Source: Takakia lepidozioides (taxonomy: Eukaryota; Plantae; Bryophyta). From it: a stretch of 64,000 nt of DNA. Location: the NCBI GenBank assembly GCA_030704615.1, contig CM060732.1, positions 3,658,001 to 3,722,000 on the forward strand, written 5' to 3'. Both the position numbers and the translations under genes were made by a program. The notes beneath the pieces are model-generated. The model worked only from the letters and a program-made list of their open reading frames with translations, was not told the DNA's origin and did no database searches. Shown here one piece after another: positions 1-13,062 of this stretch (position 1 is its first letter; the number at the start of each line of letters is the position of its first letter).

Positions 1-104
1 TTCTATCCAAATTTCAATGGTCAGTAGCCGCTATGTTCACGTGCGCAATCTGAGATGCACTCGTGTTATTTTCCAAATTTCCAAAAAAAACCGTTGGTAG
101 TATT

Positions 105-717
105 GGGGACGACTACGCTTACCCAACAAGTTTAAGGCAAGCGTGTGAGCGGAGCTCCTAGAGGCTCCCGCAGACTGCCAATCACCCCTGTTCCCGCTCC
201 CCGATCCCTGTTCCCCATAGTGGGATAGGGGAGCGAGGGGGAGAACAGGGACCAGGAACAGGGGAACAAGCCACGTTCCACATGTCAAGGAGGGAACAGG
301 GGAGCAGGCCGCGTTCCACAGGTCGAGGAGGGGAGCGGGGACTAGAAACATGGAAGCAAGGACAAGGGACAAGGAGCGGGGAGCGGATACTGGGAACATG
401 GGAGTGGAGCGGGGATCTTGGAAATGTACTTTGGCATGGTATTAGGTTGAAATCGTGGTATGAGGTTCACCATGATTTGAACCTCATACCTCGTCACTGT
501 AATGCACATTACCTAGCCACCACTCTACTATATGCTTCATGCCAATCCTTTGATTTTCTAATTTTTTATATTCTACAATACAGGCTCCCAGGGGAGAGGG
601 GGGGGATTTGACAGCGCGCCCGCCTGCGGAACGTCGCCATTATGGCCATCCCCAACGACCGTACCGGCAAGGCTCCCACGCTTACATTGAACTCAATGGG
701 TAAGCGTAGTCCTCTAT
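105..717. mobile_element. Non-autonomous MULE-like MITE (~610 bp)
   Basis: ~40-bp imperfect TIRs: GACTACGCTTACCCA...AAGCGTGTGAGC at 111-150 versus the reverse complement of 672-711. Flanked by direct repeat (T)GGTAGTATT(G) at 95-105 and 717-727, i.e. a 9-11 bp TSD. No coding capacity. Confidence 0.75.
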
Positions 718-737
718 GGTAGTATTGTGCCTACAAC

Positions 738-903
738 AAATTTGAAACAGTTTTACAATTTTCTGGCGTGAGCTCACCATAACATATTCTCTACATATTC
801 CTAGATCATATATAATAAATTTGAAACAGTTTCACAATTTTTCTAGCGTGAGCACATTTTCGTTTCACCATGACATGATCTCTACATATTCCTAGAATAT
901 ATA
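738..903 (+). repeat. ~80-bp tandem duplication (2 copies)
   Basis: AAATTTGAAACAGTTT...GCGTGAGC...TCTCTACATATTCCTAGA occurs twice, starting at ~738 and ~817. Confidence 0.7.
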
Positions 904-1790
904 GAATATTCTTTTTTCAGCTCACATGAGCATGCTCATAGGCTACCCAACCTCTCTTGGATGATGTTTTAGAACGAGAAAGGGTTCCATAGAAGTTTGT
1001 AGAAACTCCCACTCCATCTCCAGAGACATACCTCACTTGAGCAGAGGAGCCTAGTCTCTTCAACAATAGGTGTACTCTTTCTTAACAGAGGAAGTGTATG
1101 CAGTCTTGCATTGAGCACGTCATTTATGAAATTTTCGAACAGCGCCATGGTCTTTGGTAGAGAGAAACTCCCTTTCATGTCAGACCCAATTAGGCAGGTG
1201 GAGGGGGAATACTAGCTGCCTACCGGAGGCCAGTCAAGGGGACAAGCCTTGGCAAGAGAGGAGCCCAAGTGCTGTTCATCCCCCGCACTAACTTTCACCA
1301 TGTCTTGCAAGAGTGCTTCAGCTCTGCTCCACGATTTTTAGGACTACCTCAAATGATCACACGAGGCTTGGTTCCTACCTGCAAACACACCCTTCTCCTA
1401 CTCTAGGAGTGATCATGTAACTGTCCCACTCAAAACGTGGCAGCTCTGCGGTATGATTGAACAAGCAAAAACCAGCTGCGAAGGCTCTGGCAAGTAGAAA
1501 CCTTAAAATGCTTTATACTACCCTCACGGTTTGTTTAAGGGAGCAGCTCTAAAGTGTACCCTAAAGACACCACTTACTGATCTCGAAGACACACGCCAAG
1601 CCCAAGCCTGTGGATCAGTCTCACGCCCAAGGATCCAACAGATAACTAGAGTTCAAGGTACAAAAGCTCCCAGGGAATTGCCTGCTGAGGGATCGAATGT
1701 TACAGGAGTGACCGTGGCGATGATCAATCTGTCATTTAAAGAAAGGACGTCTTGAGGGTCAATTGTATTCAAAAGCACCGGCCTATCGGG

Positions 1791-2768
1791 TCATAGCAGA
1801 TCATCATACGCAATAATTGCCCTAGTTTGTTGATCAGGGACGATTTTGGTGGGTGGAGGACAGCCGCTCCCAGCTAGCACGGAATGGGCCTTGGCAGCCG
1901 CAGCTGCAGTGGCAGCAGCCAGAACTGAGGGCTTCTGCAAACCCCTTCGGCGAGACCGTGGGTTTGGCTGTAGGGTCCCAGGTTGTGCTGCAAATCCACC
2001 AACCCCCTTCTTCCATTCTGGCAAAGATCCCAGCGCCCACGACACATACACCTGCATCCCATTCCAGTCCAATTCACTCAGTACCAAATCAAACCCTAGA
2101 ATGCAGGGAAGCAAGCAATCTGAGTATCTTTCTTATGACCCATATCACCATGTCACCGTGTTGTTAATCCAAAGCAACTGTTTTCCTACTTACCTGCTGC
2201 AGTACGATTTCATCTCATAAGCAACATTTTACTGTACAATATTCCGTCTCAGGCGCACCCGATTTACACTGAATAATGGCTCTCCAACTCTACTGACATC
2301 TGAATTTGTGTAAACAATCGAAAGGGCAAGGCAAAAACCTCAAATGCTTACTTGCTTGTTATTCAGAGAAATGACTTCGTCGGCCCTCTGGCCAGCAGCA
2401 ATTGCCATCTCTGCTGCCTCTCGTTTATCGAAGGTGACGAAGCCGTAGCAATTATCAACTATTATCTTCACACCCAAAACATTCCCAAATTTCTGAAACA
2501 GGGCTTTGAGCTCCTCTCCACTAGTCGAAGAGTCTAAATCTCCTACAAAAATCGTTGAATCCTGCTTTTCATTTCCCTTCACATCGTCTCGCCTCTTTTT
2601 CCCTGTGGAACTGCTGAAAGTTTTATACTTTCCACTCCCAACGTCTTGCCCCCTTCTCTCGCCGTTGGGTGACTTCACAGAGCTTGCATCCGGTGGCCTG
2701 TCCCGCTCCCTCTTGCGTCTGCCATCTTCCCTTGAAACCTTCGGTTCTAACCTCTCATCACCTGCCAT
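1791..2768 (-). CDS. Single-RRM RNA-binding protein (RBP45/47-like RRM), 2 coding exons: 2768-2352 and 2051-1791
   Basis: RNP2 IFVGDL and RNP1-like CYGFVTF. A phase-0 GT-AG intron (2351-2052, CAA|GTAAGC...ATGCAG|GTG) joins ...LNNKQ to VYVSWA, completing the last RRM beta strand. Ends ...RAIIAYDDLL*. The start at MAGDE (2768) is inferred. Confidence 0.85.
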
Positions 2769-3101
2769 GAGAGCTTCAATCCCAGCAAGCCCACCACAGC
2801 CCAACCGGGGCACGCTATTTATACTCTGCTGGCTACTCCTTCACATATATCACAAGGCAAAACCGTCAGTTGGCAAAGTATATCTACCACACAGCCACAA
2901 AAAAGCAGTCCTCCGGCAGATTACTGCACTGCAAACAAGAATCAAGTTTGCACAGTCATGTATCGGAAACCCACCACTCAGCCAGTTTTGGGCATCGCCG
3001 GAAGGAGGCTTGGGAGCTCCGAAAGTGAGCCGCCTTCTGCAGCAGATGAGGAAAGGCGTAGGCCCTCAACCAAAGCCTAAAAGATCATAATTTCCATTTC
3101 A

Positions 3102-3420
3102 AATTCTAGCGACGACCTTCGAGACTACCTAGTTTAGCGTAAAGAAAAAAGACAACCAACATGTAGCCCAGTGGTAAGGGCATATACCCTCTTACGGTTG
3201 TGGGTTCAAACCACCCTATTGGTTGTTACAAAAGTGTCCACCTTCCTACCGGAAGCTTCTTGGTCAAGTGACACCATAAGTTACGCTTGCTTTGGCAACG
3301 CGTCCACCTTTAGTGGTAAAAAAACAAAAGTTTAGCGCAGAGTACGAATAGGGTGCCATAGTGCCATGTCATCGTCACCGCGTCATCGTAGCCACCTTTC
3401 GTCGTCAAATTTTTCCAGGC
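3102..3420 (+). repeat. Dispersed repeat, copy 1 (host of the SINE)
   Basis: AATTCTAGCGACGACC...GTTTAGCG...GAATAGGGTGCCATA.TGCCA.GTCATCGTC is shared with 12939-13062. Confidence 0.75.
3145..3328 (+). mobile_element. tRNA(Lys-CTT)-derived SINE
   Basis: A box TAGCCCAGTGG (3164-3174), B box GGTTCAAACC (3203-3212), CTCTTA anticodon-loop remnant and an A-rich tail. 14-bp TSD AGTTTAGCGTAAAG / AGTTTAGCGCAGAG (3131-3144, 3329-3342). An empty-site paralogue lies at 12970-12983. Confidence 0.85.
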
Positions 3421-3984
3421 GGTCCGGACAGATCCCAAAAAACCAAAAATGAGTTCTCGAGCCTTCTTGAACTCTCAAAACGGTGAGAAACACAAAATTC
3501 ATAGAATTCACTCATACCTTGAGTATGAAACCAAATACATGCATTGAAATTTACAACAGTGTCCAAGAAAAAGTTGTTAGAGCTAATTTTTGAGATACAT
3601 GATACCTAGGGTACTATCCCAGGGTACATGATGGTGGCCTCAGTGTGCATTGCTTTTGCTGTTAGATAGATACTCATCTTGCTCTTTGTTTCTCTTGGGC
3701 AGAAGGATGGAAGGGTGCACCACCACCTTCCTGCACTTGCAAGGAGAGTCCATTTCCAAATACATGTCTTCTCTCTGTGATGGAGAGACCGGAGGCCTCA
3801 CATCATGTAGCATATTCATGGGCCAGGTGACCATGGAGCTGAAATGGGTGGGAATGCCGGCCCCAGACCCTTGAAAGATTGGGCTATGTCGCTTCCCGAT
3901 TTTTGCCAATTTTGTCACCTTGCTAACTATGTGGTCTAATACTCCCAAGTTACAGAGTAGGATAGATCCATACCAGCGAACGGC

Positions 3985-6850
3985 AGCCAAGGAAGGTGCG
4001 ACAAGAATGGCAATTCCGCCTTTGGTATCAATGACAGTTGGGTTCCACCAGGAGGTGGAGCTTGGCCAAATTGACTGACCCAACGAGTCTATTTTTCTGT
4101 AATCTAATTTATGCTCTTGCAGGAAAATGACAGAATTGGAGGAAAGCAGCGAAGAGGCCCAATTCCTAATTCTACCTCTTTTGGGCACTGAAGCGTCAGA
4201 ACCTATACCCCTAATGTTCCACGAATACAGGTTCCAACTCATGTAGGAAAAGCTTTGCAGCCCGTGATATTCTCACGATGTGGCTGAAGATTGGTGATCT
4301 CGAACATCAATCCAGGATGAGTAGGTAGCATTGAAGGCATCCAATTGAAACCCGGAGGAGCTAGAGCTTTCAGAGATCCCGCAAACCAGATTGAAACACA
4401 GCCAGATTGCATGGCCCCATCCGTAGAGGATGGGTTTTCAATGTCTCTAATGGTAGAACATTCACCAAGCGACTCCAGGGAGACATCCAGGAAACGAGAG
4501 ATGAAATGAAGCGCTCTAGATACAGTATGTATAACCTAGGGAATCTGAGCGCTGGCAGAACAAGAGAGGGAACCGCCGATTCTGCAAAGAGGACCTAGCC
4601 AGAGGAGGAAGAGCAGCCTTCATAAAAGATGAAAGCGGGATGAGAAGACAGCCAGAGCTCACCACAGGGGGGGACGGAAGAGCAAGATCCAGGGGTCCCA
4701 AACAAAATGAGGAATTTTCAGCATCTGGGATAGGCACTATGGCGAGGTCGTTGGACTACAGAGGCTTGTCACAGTTGCGAGAATACTTCTGGGACGAGTG
4801 GAACGCTTCCACCAGCTTCATCCCGGCCTCAAAAGCAGCCATGAGATAAGGATGTCCCGCAGCGGAACCCAGTTCTGGAGGAACGGAGGTGCCAGATAAC
4901 CACCGCCGAGAAACTACATCAGTTTGCAAATTGGAAACGTCAAAGAGCCTCAAGACAGGGAGTACTTGAACAAAAAAGATTTTTTTTGTTCGAGATGCAG
5001 ATTGGTGAACCCGAGAGCCAAAATAGACAACAGAGTTAGAGGACAAATCAAATAGGGGGAGGGAAGCAGCAAAAATCTCCCTTATTTTGCTGAGGATTAA
5101 CTCCAATTCCTTTCTTGGAGACAAGGAGAGCACATCTTTCTTCCAAGGTTATCCACGCGGAAGCAAATTTATTATTCCCAGAGAGAAGAATGGACGGAGT
5201 GCCCCCTAGAAACTCGAAAATGATGGGGGAGATGTTGATGGCCATCGACTGCGATCCCGCAAGATGATAGGCGTCGGGCAGACGAACCTCTGCAAAGGAT
5301 TTGAGCTGAAGGCAGAAGGAGGCCAGACTTTGCCTCCCCTCGTGGGAGGACAGAGGAAAAATGGCCGGAACTTCATCCGAGTTTGGAAGAGTCCCATGGG
5401 ACGGTGAAGACAAAAAGAACACCCTGGAACTCATTGAGGAAGGAGAAAGGTCCGTCCTTGCTCTTTTCGCTGGGGGGGGGGAGCGGGGGGTGTGATGTTT
5501 GGTCTTTTCAAGGAGAGACCCGCTTCAGGGCCCTGCAAATCACGCCCGCCTGCTGCATCAATGGAACGAACAACATTAGCGTTGGCCTTCAATAGAACAA
5601 GGCAATCTGCCTTTACGTGGCCTTCTGCATGGCAATGAAAGCAAATGACTGCAAGAATAACCTCTTGCACTTTAACAATGACAAACGAGTTATGAAGAGT
5701 AGGCAATTTTAAAGAGGATACGATGGGGGTTGCTTTTGGCATCATCACTACCAACTGTGACACCCCCCCATCCCTGTGAGCTTCATAGGCCAGCACTTCA
5801 TTGTCGTAAGTGATGGCATCCTCCTCAATGTGTTCATACACGTTCATAACACCAACATGAAGGCCGCGAAGTGAGCCCCAATCTTCGGTAGCGAACAAAG
5901 ATAGTTTCCAGGGAGGAAGGGCAGAGCCAACAATTTGGGCTTGCAAGCAACACCCCCCCATGGCCCCACTCAGGCGACCAGGAAAAGATGTAGACACAAC
6001 ATTTGGAAAAACTGACGTTAAATTTTAGAGCTTAAGCCGCATGTTCTTGAAAGCTGAACATAATGGAGTAGAAGCCTCTCCCAAGAGCGACACAAAAGTG
6101 GGAGGTGAGCTCTCTATCCGCACCAAGGTGCTCTAGTGCCCACTTCCTAGCAAAGACTCTGTCGTGGAATGTTCCTGGGAAATGAATAAGCACCCCTTGC
6201 TCCGCGAGCAACTGAGAGTGCTCTTTCACAATGCCCATATCTAACTGAAGAACAGGCTAGGACTCATCGACTGGCGCCGTGCTTTCGCTCCAAATGATGG
6301 GGGCCCTAGCAGGGGAGAGCGGGGCCTGGGGCCAACACCCAGCAAGCCAGGGCCGGAGGAAGGTCTTCTTCCTTGGTGTCTGGCTTTGGCGTGCCTTCTG
6401 TTGTTTCCTTTGTTATCTCCTCTGAAGCCATGGCCATTGGAAGCAGCAAGCACGTACGACGCCATGGGAACAGGGAGGGAATCGAGCCAATAAAGAAGGA
6501 GCAGAGAGAGCGAGGAGAGAATCGCAAGCAGAATGAGCGAGAAAAGAGACAGAGACGACGATAGTGCAAGGAAGGTGGGATGGTAGAAGAAGCACTGCTG
6601 ATAGGCATAAGAGACAGAGCACAAAGAGCGCGGCTGAGGGGGGAAGAGACAAGTACTCCCGCCGGAAACATTAAACTTCACGCCAAAGACAATGAAGAGT
6701 GTCGCATTAGCAACGAATGACGAGCGCGGGAGCTAAACGATGAAGAGAGCTTAGAGAGATGAAGAAAATGCAGTGAGGAGCCCTAGAGAGAGAGAAGTGG
6801 AAGGAAAAATGAGACGCATAAACAGCACAAATAATGAAGAGAAGGCCAGA
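3985..6850 (-). mobile_element. L1/Tx1-type LINE fragment: 5' UTR, ORF1 and N-terminus of the ORF2 endonuclease; no RT
   Basis: ORF1 pieces include LIHFPG...LGRGFYSI and the zinc knuckle CFHCHAEGHVKADC (5431-6681). The APE endonuclease start MSWNLYSWNIRG...IFLQEHKL...KGGIAILV is at 4242-3990. Frameshifted. Confidence 0.85.
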
Positions 6851-7259
6851 GCTTGAGAGAGAGCTAGAGGAGGCCAAGCCAAAACGGCTAAGTCACTATC
6901 GTACTCAATGCGGAGCGCGACATCACGCCACACTATACTTCCAAAAAAAAAATGTTAATATAATTAATTTTATTATATTAATTTTAATTACAGTATAATA
7001 TAAATTTGTCAAACAATAATATTGGAGGATAAATAAGCTCGGAGCGAGCGATGGCGGAGCTGCGAGACGACCGCCAACGGTCATCTGGACATCTCCATTG
7101 CCCTTTTTTACTCCTCTTCCCCTCTGGCTACCCTCAAGCATTGTTGTGAAAACATGCTCCCAGGCTTGGCTTTCGATTGATATGCTCATTAAGTTGTGTA
7201 CTGGTGGTTTTTTTTTTCAAAATTCTCTCGTCTCATTGTTCATCCCAACAGCGTGCTTC

Positions 7260-10200
7260 TTTTCATCTCCTTAGCACACTCTGCATCATCCCTAACTTAT
7301 CAGCCTCCGCCGTCTTTAGCCAGTAAGGTATAGTTTTCCTCATTTTCGTTTCCCGCCCTTCTCCCCCCACTATCTTATCTCTCTTCCTACTTTTGCTCCT
7401 TGTCCACCAGCTCCATAACTCAAGCGTGAGTCTTAGAGTATCTGCAAATCCTACTTTCTCTCGCGCTTTCATGGCACACGGCAACAACCAGCTTAGGAAT
7501 AGCGATATCATGGAATCTCGGGGCATCAATCGTGGAATGCGGAACAACAATAGAAGGCCAATCCCATCCTCAAGCACCGGTTTTTTTCTGGCGCATCAAG
7601 CTCATTCAAGGATCACGTCTGACAATGGTCCAGTAAGAAACCTCGCTCCCCTCTACCCTCTCTCTCCCCCCCAGCCACTTCTCAAAATTCCCAGACTTGG
7701 CTCCTTCACTCTCAACCTTCAGGGTTCCCCCATTGTGGACAACCCATGACATGATTGGGAGGAGGAAAATGTTCTTAATCAGGATGATTTGGACAAAGAC
7801 TACCCCATGATCAATGTGAGTATCCCAGAACTGCAGAAAAGAGTTGCCACAATGGAAGAATCCGGTATTCTTATTCATTTCCCTGGGAAAAAAGTGGACA
7901 GAGCAACAGTCAGGGACTGGGGCCATCAGACACCTTGGAGGCCATGGAGAACTGAGGCAACAGTTCTACCATGCAAAGGGAAGGGGTTTTTTCTCAATAG
8001 TCTTTGAAACACATGAAGCAGCTACCGAGGCACTGCTCTTCAATCCTCATACGAAGGGGTTCAACGTCAATATTTTCCCATGGTCTCCCAGAATGGGTAA
8101 CAGGAATGGCAAACTCTGGGGCCCCCGCATTGTCTCAGTTCCTTTCATTCCAGACCAATACTTGGTTAACTTGGCAGACATTGCAAACCATTTCGGCAAC
8201 TACCTTGGGTGTCTGGCGGTATTTGACCATGTGCACTCATAATCTAAGGCAAGACCCAGCCTGGAAATCAGTGACGATTGCTTCCCGCCTTCACGAAACA
8301 GGTTGTGCAGAGGAAGACAGTTTTGTCCAGAGGAAGACGTTCTCCCGCAATTTGTCAAACTGCCCATAGATGAGGAGGGCAACTACTTTACAATCTAGCT
8401 CATCGAATACACTACCTACGCAGTTTGTTTTAATTGTGGCCAGTTGGGCCATATCAAACTGGACTGCCCAACAGCAAAACGTAAACGATCTCATCCTACC
8501 ATGCCCAATAACCTTCAATCACAAGAGCAAGTTGGGAATCCAGCAGCAGCAGCCTCAAACCAGATGCAAGATTTGCAGTCCCCCAATGTACACCCAGGGC
8601 CATCCTCAGCTCCCAGGAGAGGTCAATCCATGCACAAGGCGCCAAACGACCCACTGCAGGTCAGGTCTGCCCCACACAAAGTTGGCAGGGATGGAACATT
8701 TACAGACCCTATGCAAGAAGAGTTACAGGCTCACCCGCAACATGGGGCTACTACTTCAATGGGAAAAGAAAAATACAGGGATCAACAGCTGCAAGAAGCC
8801 AATACTTCGAAGGAGAAAGGAAGACAGAGGGATACCTCACCACAAAGGCTGGTTAGATTGACACTTCCTACCTCTAACTTACTTAAAGCAGAACAGCCTA
8901 CAAGATTCAGATGCGGAAATGAGCACATCTGGAGAAGTTGTTGTTGCACGCAATCCCAGTGGTTATTTTGGAAATCATGGACATTCCGAAGGCTGCCTGT
9001 GTGACCCCCCTTATCTTTCAAAAGAGTAAACCCCCAGCCATCCTTATCACATCGGATGATTTTGAATGCATCAAGTCTTTATGGATAACATCGGCAGACA
9101 TCAAGCACTTCCTGCAATCCAACCCTCCCAACAGCAACCCGCAGATCTTATTCAATGAGAAAATTCAGCAATTTTTCCAGACCCAGCAGAAACACTATTC
9201 ACTTTCTCCACTCACAAAAATATCATGGGCAGCTTACCTGGAAGATCACCCTGGTTTAAGTGTTAAACCCTCAACCCACATCCTGGCACTCATGGAGGAT
9301 GCAGAAATCTATGCATCTCCTCCGCCAGTGGAGGCCATCTGGACTTATGAAGAGTGGCTTTCGGCTCCAAGAGGGAGCCACAAATTACAAATTCGCAACC
9401 AAGATTCCCTGATGAATGGATTTCAACTACTGGGAGCTCATCTGGATTCAGAGGTGGATGGTACAGGATGGAGGTGCAGAGAACTACAGATCACATTAAT
9501 GGTACCAAGAAGGCAGAACAAACACCATCTTCATCAGAGTCACAGGTGGAGACATCCTCGCAAGAGGGTAATATCAATTTCTTTGGCTCCGGGGTGGAAG
9601 CTCTTCACATATCGCCTCCAATTTTGGGCACAACTCAAGCCGACTCGCAGGCGAACTCTCAAGTGACTTCTCCACCTAAGCTCCTTCACCCTCATCTCTA
9701 CACTCTTCAATCAAGGTGCCATCCTCCCCCTCCCCCTGTTTCATCTACCAAATCTTGTCGGGCAATTCTAACAGATGTTGGGTGTTGTGTCATAGAGGAA
9801 AACAATCCTTTGCTAAACAGGCAAACACAGACTGCTTGTTTTTTAATTACCAGATAACATTCCTTCAGGGACGATGCCCTTCGATGGATCACTTACTGAG
9901 AGATACCCTGATTTACAAAAGCTGTTCTCAGCTGAATTCTATCATATTGGAATCTCTATTCTTTCTATAAACATTTATACTGTCTCCACAAGCCAGTTCC
10001 TTCCATCCCCAGAGAACCCTAGTCGGGGCAAACCGAGAGGAATTCTCATTCTCATCCAGAGCAAGAGCAGAAAACCCCCAGATAACCTTATCTGGGTCAA
10101 TTCCCTGAGAACTAAAGATAAAAGGGTTACCTTTGTTTAACAGCTAAATAGGCCATCAAATGAGACGGACAGTCTGAGCCTACCTCTATCTCCCAATGAT

Positions 10201-10760
10201 CTTTAACCTTCATTCGTGGAACATCCGAGGGCTGGGAACTAATCCGGCTTCTCTAAAAAGATTGAAAGTTAAAACTTGGTTGGCACCCTTCCTTTCAGAT
10301 CACTCCATCGTATTTCTGTAGGAACACAAATTAGACCAACATAAAATAGATAGCCTCTCCGATTACCTTTGGCCATTAGTTAATTTGTTATGGAAACCTA
10401 CCTCCTTAGGCACTAAAGGAGGGACTGCAATTCTGCTGTCCCCATCCATACAACCATTTCTCACATCAGAAGCCTGCTGGCTTCCTGGAAGACTGCAATT
10501 TTGTGCATTATCCATGCCCAACTTTAGTGGTCCAATTGGACTGGTAAATATCTATGCACCCAATATCTTTGCAGAAATAGCAGAGTTCTGGACTTTACTT
10601 AACACCAAGATGTGGGAGCAACCCACCATTGACAGCTAGATAATATCTGGCGATTTCAACATGGTGGAAATGCAAGAAGATAGGAGAGGTGTAGGGTCAT
10701 TTACCTCCAACCCAGAAGAAATGGATCAGTGGTTTACTTGCACTCGGGGATTGCTATTTT
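7260..10760 (+). mobile_element. LINE fragment of the same family: ORF1 and APE endonuclease N-terminal half; no RT
   Basis: ESGILIHFPG...KGRGFFSI, knuckle CFNCGQLGHIKLDC (~8426-8467). Endonuclease motifs HSWNIRG, FL*EHKL, KGGTAILL, VNIYAPN and GDFN at 10197-10660. Ends at a (TCAGCCA)n run. Confidence 0.85.
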
Positions 10761-10761
10761 G

Positions 10762-10793
10762 TCAGCCATCAGCCATCAGCCATCAGCCATCAG
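10762..10793 (+). repeat. (TCAGCCA)4.5 microsatellite at the LINE breakpoint
   Basis: Direct reading of the sequence. Confidence 0.85.
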
Positions 10794-11244
10794 TATGACG
10801 TGGACACACGAAAAATGGCCACGTAACAAAGGGTCGTCCAAAATAATTTTTTCTCGGGCTGCCCGTAAATCCAAAACTGAATGATAGTCGTTTTCCAGTA
10901 GGAAATGAATGAGAACAACACTATATTGCTTGTCATCAACGGATAACTAACATCGAGACCTAACAAGGTAAAATACAAAACCCTTTAATTATCACAGAAG
11001 GCTGGCAAAGGCGGGGTATGAGTTGTGGACTTGAAGGACAGCAGTCGTAGGCTAGATGGCCGCGGAGAACACCTTTGTTGGCCAAAGGTGGAGGATGAAG
11101 AAGATGATCAGGGTGAAGTTGGGAAAAATTAAAATTTTCGGTTTTTTTATTATTTAAAAAAAAACTTATTTTACATTGCTATATCATCCTCCACCTTCGA
11201 TGGACAAAGGTTCGGGGTGAAGTGGGGAAAAATGATGATTTTTG

Positions 11245-12200
11245 GAAGCACCATGGCTGAGCGAATGTTAGGATCTCTTAACCTTTCTGGCAGGAAAGTA
11301 CAGCAAAACACCAGAGTTTTCCATACCTGGGATTCTGATGTGCATGTCCTATATATCCATCTTGATAAAGGGAAAGACATTGCTCATTGCCCGCTGCTCC
11401 TCCAGGGGGTCAATGAAGAACTCCTCTTCTTCTGGCACTAGAGGGGAGAGGCACTGCTCCTGGATGGGCGGGGGCCTTGCCTCACTGATGTGGACTTTCG
11501 GGGGCTGATCCATCGATGGTGGCGGGATTTGCTTTGGCCTGTAAATTTGCCTTGTGCTGGCCGATCTTTCTTGGTGGGCCCTGTAGAAGCCCCGGCTTGA
11601 GTTGGGCTGGGACCCACTAGGTGGGTGCCTGGCTGACCCGAGTGGCGACGAGGCCAGTCTGAGGACTTGGAGCGATGGAGCATGGTATTCGGAGCCATGG
11701 GCACGCAACACGGAGAGAGGTGCAGGGGAAGGATCGGAGACTCTGAGAAAGACAGTAACAACTGTAACTGAATTCAACTAGAGAGGAGAAAAGCAAATAG
11801 GGAATTGAGAGAGCTGGACTGAGAATTGAGAGCTAGACTAGAAATTGAAGAACCAGCCTGACACTAACAGGGAGATTTAAGCTAGCAATGCAGACTCTCT
11901 GTTGGCTCTACTGTGGAAATTAACAGGGATGCCGAGTGGAGCTGGAGCCAGGATGAACACAAGGCCACTAACTACCTCGTAGCGAGAGCTTGGGGGGATG
12001 TAGCGCTGGAGTGAAAAGAGACAGCTCAAAACGTCATTAATATCAGCCGGCAGCTGAGAGGGGGGAAGCGAAGTTAAGGGGGTGAGGCGGCGATAACACG
12101 CACGAAATGATGAATGAAACAGGGCGAGTATAGGATGATCCGTATGGGATGTCGAGGTTGTCACAATAGATCAGCAAAAAAGGCTTAAATGGATTTAACC
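11245..12200 (-). mobile_element. Third LINE 5' fragment (5' UTR plus ORF1 N-terminus)
   Basis: FPFIKMDI*DMHIRIPGMENSGVLLYFP aligns with YPMINVSIPELQKRVATMEESGILIHFP of the 7789-8007 ORF. Pyrimidine-rich 5' UTR. Confidence 0.65.
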
Positions 12201-12938
12201 AAATCATAGAAAACCATACAAACCATGTGTGTAAAGTTTGGACGTCATATACCCCCAGGGAGGCCATTCTCTAGCTGCCGATCGGTTGAGAGAGTCCATA
12301 CGAGAGAGACGAAGCGACCGTTGGGCCTCACTCTCACCGCAAAACGTGGAGCCCCCCATCGTCCCAACATCTCCCGTCGGAAGCGGAATTTCCAAATTCG
12401 TGAAGCTTACCATCAAACTACTCATCACATTCTTTGATTTTTGTCTCTCGTCTATATTTTGAATAGTTGAAAATGTTGATCTATTAATAAATTATTATTA
12501 CCCATTGGCGGGTTACCACTACTGCGCCGCCTAAACAAACTACACACAGTTTTCAACGCGTGGGCGATCCGAGCATATATAGCGAAAACAATGAAATACG
12601 GGAAAAAGAACAAATCATAAAAAATCATATTTGTCAAACATACTCTAATATTTCGTTTTTTTTTAATTTTTTTAAAATTTTCCGGCTATGCGGGCGATCC
12701 GATTCTCTCTATTTTGTCCCAATACATGCTCACAACAGATAATCAATAAATACAGATACATCATAGTCCAAATCTACTTGTTGTACCAAGACGACCCATG
12801 GAAAAACCCTTAAAAAAAAAAAAAAAAAACCCATCCATGATGCGTGGTCTCTCTCATAAACCTCAAGTATGGCCCATCCGTCCGGGCGTCCTTCTCAGAA
12901 GTCTTCGCTAGTAGTGCGGAGCAACGCGAAGCCCTAGT

Positions 12939-13062
12939 AAATTCTAGCGACGACCGAAGGTCGAGAGCTAGTTTAGCGTAGAGCAGGAATAGGGTGCCAT
13001 AATGCCACGTCATCGTCGCCACGTGTCGTTGCCATCTGTCGTCGCCACGTACGTCGTCAATT
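12939..13062 (+). repeat. Dispersed repeat, copy 2 (no SINE)
   Basis: Colinear with 3102-3420 once the SINE is removed. Confidence 0.75.

Noticed and set aside
2506-3090. 194-aa plus-strand ORF
   Set aside because: Antisense shadow of the RRM gene with no motifs.
3151-3228. Functional tRNA-Lys gene
   Set aside because: The anticodon/variable arm is shortened, and the unrelated body, A-tail and TSD indicate a SINE.
10829-12797. GGGTCGTC / GACGACCC as TIRs of an element
   Set aside because: Only 8 bp and no target-site duplication.
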